63,696 nt of DNA, filler included, from Octopus bimaculoides (GCF_001194135.2; 6 parts of 6 records of this genome joined end to end with filler, not necessarily neighbours in it); one strand, 5' to 3'. Numbered from the whole stretch's first letter, positions 10,161 to 23,075 are shown. Numbers and translations: made by a program. Notes: a model not told the origin generated them from the letters alone.

Positions 10161-13100
10161 CACTTTCTCAGTATTTCTTTATCTATATTGCCTGTATTAA
10201 ATAATAATATACAGATGCTTTCACGCTAAAAGATTTTTTTACCTGTATTGTCTCTATTTGTCATTAAATAAAAAGTTCCGACACATCTACGTAACCCTAA
10301 ACCTAAAACTAACCATAACGAATATTCACAGTAAAAACCTATCGTTACGTAGATGCATCCGGACCTCTGTATTTAAGTAGGCAATTTTTATTTTATTTTA
10401 ATTTTCCAAAAAGAAAAAGAAAAGATTCAGAATCTCCGTAGCCGAATGTGGGTTTCTGTAAAAAAAGATAAATTGTTTAAAGAACAGCTATTAACATACT
10501 TTCAGAAAAATATCCCCCAATTATTAGTTTACAGTTAAGCCTGAAAAAAAAAAAAAAAAGTTGAATCACAATGTAAATAGTATTATTTCAGAATTATGAT
10601 AGGAGGGGCCCGACAATAAAGTTTCCAAATTCTTGATAGTTTTTAATCAGATTTTTTTAATGCGCTCACTGGTTAGGGTTAGGTGGTGTGGACTCGCTTT
10701 TGCTTTGCCCATTTTATGATGTGATATTTCCCGTTCAGTCACAAAATTTGACATAATAGTATATATCAGTTATTAACTGACTATTTTTAAGAAAAAGGTT
10801 GTGAAATGGTCTTCTTACAATTCGCAGACGATATTGTCGGGCCGCTTGTATCATTAATAATATCTGACTGATAAAAATAAATTATCGTCTGACACGTTTG
10901 TTTATATTCGCGAGTGCCCGTTTTCCGTATAATATTTTTTTGTTGTAAAATATTTAAAATTAGATGAATCTTCCTAATTTTTGGCATGCTTCATTTATTT
11001 TGGATATATTTACCATTTTCGTAATTTTTTAACAAGTAATCGCCATTTTCTTGGAGAGGTGCACTTCTAAAGAAGCGCCAAAATAAAAAATCGGCTTAAA
11101 CAGCTGTATTTTAGACATCAAAATATATATTAGAAAAAGAAAGCTTTACTGAATTCAGTAGAAGTCACATCCCATTGTTAATTTCTTCACTTATTCTTCA
11201 CGCTGTGTATATATGGTGTAATTTTACAACCTGATCTGATGTTGGCAGAGCGTGTATTGGTATTTCAAAATATAAGTTTTATTTTGTAGGCTTTTTACTC
11301 GCATAAAGTCTATCAGCCGGTTATAACATTGAATGTTTGTATCATACACTTGAAGCCTAAAGTAGTGGTGAGTCTATTTAATCGATTATACCCGGTCCCT
11401 ATAATCTGTTCCGTGGCTTTGTATTAGAAATCAGCATTTACATCACAAATATTCTCAAAAGTTGCATCTCATTTGACGAAAATAGTTACACCGAAATATT
11501 AGGTTATAAACAACGTATATTCGACACCTACATCACTCACTTTTCTACTCAATAAGGCAAATATGCTTTGCAGTATTTGTTCTAGCTCTTGACATTGAGT
11601 TCAAATACTGTCGAGGTCAACTTGATCATTCTTCCTTCCAAGATTGATAAAATAAAGTACCACTCAATTAGTGGGTGAGGGGGGATGTACTCGGCTGGCC
11701 TCCAACCCCCAAAACCAGGCCTTGTGTATGTATTAGAAACAAATGTTATTAAAATGTTTAGAATGGTCCCTGTTCTGAATTATCCTATCGTTAATTCCTC
11801 TCTACAATCGTAAATAATAGTACGAAAATGTGGCATAGCGTCGAATGATGTTTATATATGGATACTGTCTTTGCCTAATATAAAACAACACGTCGTAATC
11901 ATTGGATATTCGTGTTTAACGGATTAGACGGCGAGCAGAATAAAGTTTGAATAAAAGCCTTCTTTGAACTAGTTTATGACAGTCCCTTATAAATTTTTTT
12001 TTTAAAGTCAGGCGGTTCAATGAGAAGACAAAATCACGAAACTTAAAACCAACTCACTTGTGTAATAATTCCAGATTACCGGGAGGTAACTTGAAGTCTA
12101 CACAGTTATATCTAATTTACAAATTAGATAGTTTGATAAATTTCAGTGCACGAAACTCTGTCCTTGAGCCACACTGTTCCCGGTTATTAATATGTATGTA
12201 TACGAGTTCTATTTTCCTGTTTGCGTTATCTAATTTGTAAATTAGATTGATCTCCCTTGGCTAACCTACAAACCCCTATTCCTCCTTGTTCCATATAGAT
12301 AGATTCATTCAAACATGCAGCTAGTATTGCCTCTACTTTCGATTCGCCTGTCCATCCGATTTCTGATTTCATATTCTGCCGAGATCAGCTTTTCCTTTCA
12401 TCCTTTCGGAGTCGATGAAATAACTACCTGGTGTTGATATAATCGGTTAACCCACTTCCCCAAAATTCCAGGCTCCTATGCCTATTGTACAAAGGATATA
12501 TTAAATAAAACATGCGAGAAATTCACGATAGATTTACAGGCTTTGACAGTAGCTGAGGCATTCGTATTAATTTCTTTTAATTTTTTTTTCAAGCGATTTA
12601 TATATGATTTGTAAATTGTTGTATGATTTATACAAACGTAGCTGTTTTTGAGGTATTGTACGAACATTTTTGTTTTGTATAAGGCAAGTTATTGACTAAT
12701 TGTCATCATCTCTATTATTCTTAGGTTAGTGCTGTTTGGTCCATGTTATTTTATGACCGGACGGACTCCCTAACAAAGGCATTCCTGACGTATGCGTCCC
12801 GTCCCTACTTTGGACAAGATTAACACTACTCAAATTGTGTACCCCTTCCAAGACGGTAGGGTGCAGTCTGATGAACATTTGACTCATATTTCTAGCTTGT
12901 TGAATGACGTTTATTTTCTTTAACCCCCAGACCATCAGGTATACCTACCATCAAAACATTCCTTAAATGTCTTTCGTCTTGTTATTTTTTTTTAAATTTA
13001 CGTTCTTTTTTTAATGATAGTGTATCTAGGATCACATTATCTTATGCGTCCTGCTGTTTTTAAAACTATAGAGTGTAATTAGGTACTACTCAAGCAGAGC

Positions 13101-13484
13101 GGACCCGAACGCGCTAGCTAGTCGTGAGTGGTCGATCCTACGAAAAGTGCGCGCGGGCGCATGAATACATGTGTGCGCGCGCGCGTATGCAAATTAGTAA
13201 ATAATTTCTTTTAAACAAACTAAATAATTTTTTTTAAATTACTTTTTTCTTTTCTAAACAACGTAGATAGGTAGAAGGAATAAAAATAACACACTATCTG
13301 TTTTTGTTAACTTCATACATTTTTTTTCTTTTAATTAAATTTTGTGAACAAAATAATTTTTATTTTCTAAACAACGTAAATAAATTTTAAAAAAGGTGCA
13401 CATTGGGATTAGACACTGAGGGAAACTTGATATGCTAGAAATAACAGCTAAACGCAAAAAGAAAAAAAAACTGTAACCTTTACC

Positions 13485-13584
13485 NNNNNNNNNNNNNNNN
13501 NNNNNNNNNNNNNNNNNNNNNNNNNNNNTTAATTAATTAANNNNNNNNNNNNNNNNNNNNNNNNNNNNNNNNNNNNNNNNNNNN
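13485..13584. other. Artificial assembly linker N44-TTAATTAATTAA-N44 (also around 22215, 48436, 56714, 61826)
   Basis: The same 12-mer, with stops in all six frames, is centred in 100-bp N blocks five times. Confidence 0.95.
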
Positions 13585-13654
<70 letters not shown>

Positions 13655-13655
<1 letters not shown>

Positions 13656-13812
13656 TACGACAGTCTTCTTTTAGTTTCTGTCTACCAAATCCACTCACAA
13701 GGCTTTGGTCGGTCCGAGACTATAGTAGAAGACACTTGCCCAAGGTGCCACGCAGTGGGACTGAACCCCGAACCATGTGGTTGGTAAGCAAGCTACTTAC
13801 CACACAGCCACA
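13655..13812 (-). mobile_element. SINE family B head, well preserved
   Basis: Reverse complement reads gtggctgtgtggtaagtagcttgcttaccaaccacatggttcggggttcagtcccactgcgtggcaccttgggcaagtgtcttctact: A box, B box and CORE-like segment. Confidence 0.85.
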
Positions 13813-14061
13813 CTCTCTCTTATTGAGACCAGTATGAGACACTGTTTTACATTTTAATCTCCACAAACATGTGACCTTACTTATTTATTGTTAGCTCCTC
13901 CTCTCCCTATTATAGCGAGTGATTTCTGTTTGTGTCTCATCAGACGAATACTTCGGGATTCAAAGCCAATAGCAGCAGTGACGTCATCGTTACTATGGCT
14001 ACTGAGAAGAATACGAACTGAAAGAAACTGTAGAATTTTGGACAAAATGTCTTATATTTAC

Positions 14062-14241
14062 AGTTCTATATTTAAGAGATGAGGAATTATGTACATTATT
14101 TACATTATTTACATTTGACGGATATTCGTCCTCACCTTGTTTGTTGTTAACACAACGTTTCGGCTGATATACTCTCCAGCCTTCATCAGGTGTCTTGGGG
14201 AAATTTCAAACCTGGGTTCTCATTCCTAAGGTATTTTTCGA

Positions 14242-14265
<24 letters not shown>
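14062..14265 (-). mobile_element. Penelope-like pseudo-LTR / retrozyme-like short element
   Basis: ORF tail IEKYLRNENPGLKFPQDT* whose TGA lies within a hammerhead core; AT-rich 3' end; abuts (TAA)n. Confidence 0.7.
14149..14196 (-). ncRNA. Minimal type I hammerhead ribozyme motif
   Basis: GACAC-CUGAUGA-A-GGCUG(10-nt loop)CAGCC-GAAA-CGUU-GUGUU: full core, 5-bp stem II, 5-bp stem I and palindromic ACGU stem III. Confidence 0.8.
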
Positions 14266-14289
<24 letters not shown>

Positions 14290-15734
14290 NNNNNNNNNNN
14301 NNNNNNNNNNNNNNNNNNNNNNNNNNNNNNNNNNNNNNNNNNNNNNNNNNNNNNNNNNNNNNNNNNNNNNNNNNNNNNNNNNNNNNNNNNNNNNNNNNNN
14401 NNNNNNNNNNNNNNNNNNNNNNNNNNNNNNNNNNNNNNNNNNNNNNNNNNNNNNNNNNNNNNNNNNNNNNNNNNNNNNNNNNNNNNNNNNNNNNNNNNNN
14501 NNNNNNNNNNNNNNNNNNNNNNNNNNNNNNNNNNNNNNNNNNNNNNNNNNNNNNNNNNNNNNNNNNNNNNNNNNNNNACATTTAAATTATTAGATCGATA
14601 TCTTTAGATTGAAGAATAAAGTTAAATTTTGAAGTGGGTGGAGAGAATCGATCAGTAAATTAATTATCGGCGTCGAGGGAATGAACGGGGGAAGGAGGTG
14701 ATAGCCTTATCTCCTTTTACAGCACAAAAATACATATTTTCTGTACGTATTGCGCATATCGTGAAAACAAACTTTGATCCCTACCCAGGGCTTATAAGAG
14801 TAGGATCAAACCGATTCAAAGGAGACTAGAGAGTCGTAAATATCTGACAGGACCCTCCCTAAAAAACAAAAAAAAAAAAGCACGTTTTCAGGCACCATGG
14901 GAGCCTGAAAGTCACATTAAGTTCCGTCTTGTAAAATTTCTCTCAGGGACCCCTTCTTTTACTCTTTCTAGACGTGGACAACACGCAGTTAAAACCTTGA
15001 AAATTGATACAGACGATTGACCATACAATCAGATTTATAGCATTACGAAATTGCGTTCCTCTTCAAAACCAGAAAATACTTCAGTCACGACTAAAACAGT
15101 TACGGTTTCTCTGTAAAACTCATAGGAACCTGCAATAGAATAGTACTCTCATGTCTAGAGCTATGATGCTGCCGTATACACGAACAACCGAGGCCGTATC
15201 CAAACTAAACCTCTTTGAATGATTGACAATGACTCACTCATTCACCAACACATTCCAGACTCTAGCCAACAGACATGTCATCACCTCACTTATTTCTTTC
15301 GCCGCTTCTACCATCGTGCTTTGCTCCTCAGAGTAAGCGAAATATATAAGAACCCTTCCCACCTGATACACACACACTTATTTTTATCCTTCCGTCATCT
15401 ATTCTATGTCTTCGCCTCCCGCGATTCACTTTCACTACGATTTGATTAATCCGACGTCACGGCAGAAAACGATTTTACAAGGCAGCATTGCCTTACACCT
15501 TCCGCAAATGTCTTTTGACCATAACCTCTTGTTGACCAAAGCTTTGTGAGCGAAATTTGGCAGACTGAAACTGTGTAGAAGCTCTTTCGAGGAACCATTA
15601 ATATTTCGGTGTTGATGATTCGCTAATTCACTACACTTAATATCTCCTCTCCGGAACTATCTGGATGATAAATTTAATCTGTCACTCGGTCCACCACCAC
15701 CACCACCATTAAACCTTTGGTTACTTTTAGCAGA

Positions 15735-16130
15735 GTTCACTCTATTGCAAGCATTGGAGCCAGGTGTCTGGTGTGAGGGTATCTTCCTTCCCTCCACCAG
15801 TACAGAGATAGGCCTTGAATAATCGTAATGGGTGCTGCACTTTCCCTTCTAACTAAATCATTAAAAACAAAGTATATTGGAATTCTGTTTCCGCCTACAT
15901 TTGTTTTTTCTCTGCAGACTTCAAATTGTAATTGCTCAAGTTGAACGTTCACAGTATAATTATCATTATTTTCGTAGAGTCTTCGAAGGTCATCGGCATA
16001 CAAAGTGCTAAGCTGGTTATAAGGATCAAACCAGATGCGACATGTAGGCGGCCCCAGTTCAATTGCCAGTCAGGAAATGTTTCCTCCAGTTGGTAAATGG
16101 CCAAGGCCAGATGTGAAATGTGGGCTTAAT
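15735..16130 (-). mobile_element. Degenerate L1/Tx1-like RT fragment; related piece at about 17165-17340
   Basis: LSPH..LAL-like segment followed by STLYADDL. The block cagagttcactct...gagccag is shared with 17187-17220. Confidence 0.55.
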
Positions 16131-16368
16131 TTCAAAAGGCAACAAGCCCAGGTTAGGTGAGAAATGTAGGTCTCATTTATTAAATATTTTAGCAATCAAT
16201 TATGCTTATTAAATATTAAATATTTTAGTATTAAAATATTTCAGTAATATTAAATATTTTAGTAACCAATTAAGTTTATTAGATATTTTAGCAATCAGTT
16301 AGGTACGGGTAAGCGTTGTGTAAGTGTTCATGTAAGTATAGTGTAGATGAGATGCTTACAAATAAAGT

Positions 16369-16752
16369 GTGTGTTGGCACTCCGTCGCTTACGACGTCGA
16401 GGGTTCCAGTTGATCTGATCAACGGAACAGCCTACTCGTGAAATTAACGTGCAAGTGGCTGAGCACTCCACAGACACATGTACCCTTAACGTAGTTCTTG
16501 GGGATATTCAGCGTGACACAGTTGTGACAAGGCTGACCCTTTGAATTACAGGCACAACAGAAACAGGGAGAAAGAGTGAGAGAAAGTTGTGGTGGAAGAG
16601 TACAGCAGGGTTCGCCACCATCCCCTGCCGGAGCTTCAGGTGCTTTCGCTCAATAAACACTCACAACGCCCGGTCTGGGAATCGAAACCGCGATCCTATG
16701 ACCGCGAGTCCGCTGCCCTAACTACTGGGCCACTGGGCCATTGCGCCTCCAC
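16369..16752 (-). mobile_element. SINE family D (tRNA-like head), full length with 11-bp TSD
   Basis: Head tggaggcgcaatggcccagtgg..ttagggcagcggactcgcggtcataggatcgcggtttcgattcc (A and B boxes). TSD acaaataaagt at 16358-16368 and 16753-16763. Confidence 0.9.
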
Positions 16753-17989
16753 ACAAATAAAGTAACAGAACAAAATAAAATGACTAAATCTATTTATTAA
16801 AGATTTTTATATATATAAAAAAAACTTCTTTCTACTTACAATTCGAAGGACCATGTTAATTGGTTCACTTGTTCCCCATCTAATTCTGACCTGATGTTTC
16901 AGCAGAATTTGAATTCAGAACGTAAACCCAAAGAAAGGTTGGTATTTAGTTCGGTGATCAATTTGTGTTATGGGATCAAGCATGGTCGATCCTGACAACG
17001 TGATTTCAAGATCGATCACAGCGATTTGCACAAATTTATTTTAGTGTAATCTTGACTCCACTGAAGCCATCTGGTTGGCATAAAATGAGTACAAGTCCGC
17101 TGGAGGTACTGTTTTATTTCTAAGTCAGCAACATATCCATACTTGAGTTTATCGCCACCATATCACCCTTACTGAGCTGACTTTGTCCAGAGTTCACTCT
17201 GTTAAAAGCATCTGAGCCAGATCCATGGCCTAAGAATAATTTCTCCTTTCCTCTCACCAATCACAGAGAACTTGGAAATGATTATGGATGCTACTCTTCT
17301 ACTGTAAATAATCTATTAACAAAAACTTTTCACCCTCATAGTAACAATTTATATTATCGTCTGCTATTATCATTGAGCTACTTAACTCGTGCTAATAGTG
17401 GCGCTTTTCTATTTGCTTATATAGTCCTCTATAAACTCAATGATTCAGTGCTATTTATTGTTAATCTTAATGGTAAATAGAAAACAGTAGCTTTGATAAA
17501 TAGTTTTTTTTTATCATTGATAAGTATTTGTTTATATTAAAGTAAGGGTGGGTCAGATTAGTTTTGTCTCATTACAAATTAATGAGACACGGCTACCGTT
17601 AATCATGTAAACCATCTCCAGGTTTATAACATTAAGGCTGTCTGCAATAAATGGGGTGTTTCCTTCCCCCTCTCCCCCACCATCTCTATATATCAGGTGG
17701 TCTGTGTCTATCTGGTGTGTTAAAGGGAGAAGGAGAAAGAGGAGAGACGTGTATGTGTATGAAAGACTGAAAAGAATGAGCGAGAGAACCGTTGTATATA
17801 TGCATGTTTTGTAAGCAAGATAGAACGTGTGTGCTTGTGCATACATGTGAATGTCTACGCATATAAATACATACATACATACATATGTATATGCATATAC
17901 ATGTGTGTATATGAATATATATATGTATATATATATATGTATGTATGTATGTATGTGTGTATGTATGCGGTGGGGTGCGAGTGTGTGTG

Positions 17990-18061
<72 letters not shown>

Positions 18062-18089
18062 ATATAGGGCAGGGAATTGTGTATATGTT

Positions 18090-18128
<39 letters not shown>

Positions 18129-19142
18129 ATATAATATGATATAATATAATATAATGTAATATAATATTATATTATATTTTATTGTATTATATTATATATA
18201 TATATAAGCAAAAATGCTAGTTCTAAAATCTCTCTAGGAGATCAACGCAGTAGGTGTACTAACAAGTAATGTTCGTAGCCACTTCAACATGGCTGTCCGT
18301 TCGAACGGACTTCGCTGGGGATTTTTTAACCCCATGAGGACATCTCCTCTAGCTGGTTAACGATGCACAACTGCATATTCATTGGATCTACTAGAAACAA
18401 CAGGCAAAATATCCATCAAATCCTATCCTATTCAATGCCTTCGAGCAGAACACATTCACTCATATCGTCCTAGATACACTATACTGACACCAATTTAATA
18501 ATCCTTTCTACAAAAGGTTAATTGATTTCAATGACCCCGGTGCTAAACTGGCTCTTATTTTATCGACCCCGAAAGTATGAAAGACAAATTTGACCTCGGT
18601 GGAATTTGAACTCAGATGCCGATGTAATGATCGTTTCTTTATTGGCCACAAGGGCTGAACACAAAACAAATAGAGACACGTGGAGTTTGACACAAAAATC
18701 GAGTAAACAATAAAATAACAATGACAATTAAACAATGAAATTCCCCAAAAGAGGGAAGTTCCTCACAAGGACAACCGAGGAAACCCCACACATTCTGGTT
18801 ATCCCGACTGTCAGATGCTCAATTGATTACATTGGCCTCAGTACGTGAATGATACTTTATTTTATCGTCCCAGCCTCCCAAAAGGATGACAGGCGAAGTT
18901 GACCTTGGTAAGATTTGAACTCAGACCGTTTAGAACCGGGACAAATACCTCAAAGAATTTGCTCGAAGCTCTAACTATTCTGCCGAGAGTAACGATGATT
19001 TTAGTCAATGTCTATAACTGTTAATGTTTAGCCCTGGGTCAGTCTTAATCAAGCAGGACTTTGGTCAAATGAATTCCATCTGCAATCATTTCGTTTTTTT
19101 TTTCCCAAGCATATTATAACATCTGTTGTTACATTGGTTAAA

Positions 19143-19392
19143 ATGGTCGGGAAATCAAGGAAACTTGTCTACTATGTCTAGACGACGAGTGACTACATTA
19201 AAATAGTAGCGTGAGAATTGAGGGAGACTTGTCAGCTATTTCAAGAGGACAAGTGACAACATTAAAACGGCAGGGTGTGAACTGAGGATAACTTGTCTGT
19301 TATTTCTAGAAGACGAGTGACCACATTAAGACGGTAGGATATGAATTGAGGGAGACTTGTCAGCTATTTCTAAAGGATGATCGACCACGTTG
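19143..19392. repeat. 64-bp minisatellite, about 4 copies
   Basis: acttgtc recurs at 19163, 19227, 19291 and 19355 (exact 64-bp period); no unique spacers. Confidence 0.9.
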
Positions 19393-19784
19393 TAGTTCGC
19401 CCATTATCTCGATATCAATGCCTTTTTTTACTCAGAGTATAAAGTACATTTGTCATATCAGACATCCATGTTAATCGATGTACCCCTTCCGCTTCCCCAC
19501 CAACACTACGCTCCGATTACGTCATCAAAATGTTTTCGTCATTCGTCAGAGAAAAGAAGCAGAAGACACAGCCACAACTAAAATAAATCCAGGACATTTC
19601 GTTGGGTGTCAATAAGTTCGGCTGCTGACGTTTTCGTCTGGCACCCTTCGGTGGATTGATTGGATATCGATTAGCCTGTTAACCTGTTAACCTCAACTAC
19701 TGTATTTGTATCTACATTATATTTTGATCAATAACCTCCAAGCATTTTGCCCGAGTTCTAATTTTACACACACATACACACACA

Positions 19785-19841
<57 letters not shown>

Positions 19842-21085
19842 NNNNNNNNNNNNNNNNNNNNNNNNNNNNNNNNNNNNNNNNNNNNNNNNNNNNNNNNNNN
19901 NNNNNNNNNNNNNNNNNNNNNNNNNNNNNNNNNNNNNNNNNNNNNNNNNNNNNNNNNNNNNNNNNNNNNNNNNNNNNNNNNNNNNNNNNNNNNNNNNNNN
20001 NNNNNNNNNNNNNNNNNNNNNNNNNNNNNNNNNNNNNNNNNNNNNNNNNNNNNNNNNNNNNNNNNNNNNNNNNNNNNNNNNNNNNNNNNNNNNNNNNNNN
20101 NNNNNNNNNNNNNNNNNNNNNNNNNNNNNNNNNNNNNNNNNNNNNNNNNNNNNNNNNNNNNNNNNNNNNNNNNNNNNNNNNNNNNNNNNNNNNNNNNNNN
20201 NNNNNNNNNNNNNNNNNNNNNNNNNNNNNNNNNNNNNNNNNNNNNNNNNNNNNNNNNNNNNNNNNNNNNNNNNNNNNNNNNNNNNNNNNNNNNNNNNNNN
20301 NNNNNNNNNNNNNNNNNNNNNNNNNNNNTGAGAGTTTCTTACTACCATATATATATATATGACTAAGACAATTTAAAATGAGCGCGGCATAGCTTACCAC
20401 ATTGTTAATAGAAACCAAAATTACGTAGAACTCAAAATTATAGGGAATAAAAGCACAATGAACTCACTAAAACTTCACTCTCATTTTTTTTTTTTTTTCT
20501 GACATCATTTTTCCAATTTATCTATCTTCGTTTATGATGAATGTTTGGTTAAGAAAAAACATGTTAAGTGAATTAGTAACAAATGAATAAAAGAACGTGT
20601 TTCCTTCCGAGACACCATGTTCAACAGAGAGCTGCGGACGGTCGCTGGGGTGTACTTTTGTCGTCCAAACTGAATCTTTGACTGATCACCGACTAGTGTT
20701 ATCACATATCAATTCGTGATAAGCGTAACTTGGTTCACAATTGAGCATACCATGTCATTACGGATCAGTAACAAGTGATTCCGTGATAAACGAGGAAAGA
20801 CGTACTACATAATCCAATGTAAGCTTTAGCTCTCATTATTCTCTTCTTTCTCTTTTTATTCATTTGAAACAGCAGGTTGTGATTTAAGAGTAATTTAGCT
20901 ACAATACCTAACATGCATATCGACCACGCATAGAGTCTCCTGTTGGTTTATTTATGAAATTATTATACAGAGAAGTAATGGTTTCTTCACATGGTACCTT
21001 TGCAATCAAATAAATGGTTTTATTAAGACATCGCATCACTAATGACTTTCTGTTTTCATTTCATCAGCGCAGCTGTTTCTCAAAG

Positions 21086-21137
<52 letters not shown>

Positions 21138-21465
21138 GGTAAGAAAACAAAAAAGCAAAGCAAACAAAAAAATCTTTGCTATATTTTTCACCATTCTCCT
21201 CTTCATCTCCATCCCTACAATTCTTCAATCTCCTACATTACTATTGCTTCATAGATTACTGCTTATTATTACGGGCACTGTAGGGGTTTCAGACAGGAAC
21301 AAAAAAAAGGGGTTGGGGCTAACACAACAAACTACAAAAGCAAGCGACTACTACTTAACAAACAGCAGCTGAACAATTGTTTTATGTTGAAGTCATCAGG
21401 TTCTCACAGCCTTGAAATTAATCTATAAGCAGGCGTTTAACGTTGTTGTTGCTATTATTATTATT

Positions 21466-21557
<92 letters not shown>

Positions 21558-21559
21558 CT

Positions 21560-21780
21560 CAAGGCGCCGAGCTAGCAGAAACACTAGCACGCCGGGCAAA
21601 AATACTTAGCGGCAATTCATCGGTCTTCACGTTCTGGGTTCAACTTCTGTAGAAGTTGTCTTTGTCTTTCATCCTGTCCGGATGTCGATAAAACTAGAAT
21701 CAGTTGAACACTGGGATCAGTATAATCGACTTACCCACCTCACCCGAAAATTGCTGGCCTTGTACCAAAATTGGAAATCT
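21560..21780 (+). mobile_element. SINE family A, near full-length copy
   Basis: ggcgccgagctagcagaaacactagcacgccgggcaaaatacttagcgg...gggttcaac...gtcgataaaa...ggccttgtaccaaaatt; same core as the other family A copies. Confidence 0.8.
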
Positions 21781-21789
21781 TCTGATCTA

Positions 21790-22170
21790 CTCTGAATAAC
21801 CTATTCTGGTGGTAACCCTTCATTCTTTGGTCGTACCTTACCATTTTTGCTTTCTTTGCAACGAGGCGCTGTTTCAGTTCCTCCATTATTACTTTCAGGC
21901 CCTTTCTTTCAATATTATTACTTCCTTTTAAGAACCCTGTATTTTTGTTCCCTTTTAAGCTCCCCTTTCTCTTTTCGGCCTAATACAGAAATTTCCTTCG
22001 AAAGCATATCTAACCCTGCCTGGATTCTTCTTTTCCACCATGGATCTTTTCTTTTGTCACTCCCATTATGTTTCTTTTTCTTGACATCAATACCCACGTT
22101 TTCTGCTACAACAATACTTGCTGCCTTGATCAAATTATTTGTTTCTGTGATGTTGTTTGTTCTGATGTAT
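21790..22170 (-). mobile_element. R4/Dong-like (RLE) LINE N-terminal fragment
   Basis: NKLIKAASIVVAENVG..KDPWWKRRIQ..LSKEIS..LKRKY; PWWKRRI is typical of the pre-RT region of this group. Confidence 0.65.
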
Positions 22171-23044
22171 NNNNNNNNNNNNNNNNNNNNNNNNNNNNNN
22201 NNNNNNNNNNNNNNTTAATTAATTAANNNNNNNNNNNNNNNNNNNNNNNNNNNNNNNNNNNNNNNNNNNNCGTAAAAGACACAGTCCCGAGGTGCCACGT
22301 GGGGGAATCGATTCCCAAACCATGTGAATGAGAAGCAAAAACAAGTAGAAAGACAAAAAAATAAAAGTCAGTTCCAAGAAGCCATAACTCATGTCGAAGA
22401 CATCATATAGAAATCACGCGGTTGCCTAGAAAACATTACCAACCATGTAGCCATATTTGCGTCCATTAGTTTTTAACGTTACGAATACTATAGTCTCGTG
22501 ACAATGGGTTCGCTGTAGAATTCTTTCTCACAAGGCGGTGTTGTTGGTGTAATTTAGAACTTTTAGAAGTTCTGGACAGTGTTGATTTCATTCCAAAAAT
22601 TGGGAGTTAATAGACATAGAAATTATATTACAGACAAAAACTTCGTTTTCTGATTCAGATTAGGTTATTTGATATGGTAAAAGTCGACAATAGACTATTT
22701 AATCATCGATTTGAACTTTGAGTAGTCATTTGGTGGTCACGTAAATTTAGGGGAGGTAGCATAGATGTAACTAAGTTCGGGGACGAATATAACTAACTAC
22801 AGCCGGCAGCACAGAGAAAAATTTGATGGAAACTCAATTAGGTTCTAGATTAATGACTTTTTAATTGCTGATGACGTCATAGATTAAGTATATCAATGCT
22901 GATAGCAAGCGTGTGGGTGTGTATGAAATATATGTGTATGTGTGTGAGTGTGAGTGCTTATGAATGCATACATGTATGTATGTACGTACGTATGCATGTG
23001 TCTACAAGTGTGGTCTATGATATGTGTATATATACATGTGTGTA

Positions 23045-23075
<31 letters not shown>

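Noticed and set aside
13529-13540. Recurring TTAATTAATTAA motif (also 22215, 48436, 56714, 61826)
   Set aside because: Always centred in N44 flanks and gives stops in six frames, so it is an artificial scaffold spacer. Adjacency across these points is unreliable.
13900-13950. Second CTGATGA...GAAA on the minus strand near the hammerhead
   Set aside because: No convincing stem I or II pairing. The same applies to CTGATGA hits near 5145, 7305, 12870, 32870 and 34260-34285.
14780-15290. Further L1-like peptide hints (GVP.EFYK, LLARVWN..RGLV)
   Set aside because: Short, need frameshifts and are not collinear; cannot be distinguished from chance.
16680-16752. tRNA genes (also about 35880-35938, 37340-37402, 31503-31570)
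   Set aside because: These are tRNA-derived SINE heads continuous with SINE bodies and TSDs, without a complete cloverleaf.
19143-19392. CRISPR-like array
   Set aside because: Units are contiguous and similar along their whole length, with no unique spacers and no cas genes; eukaryotic context.
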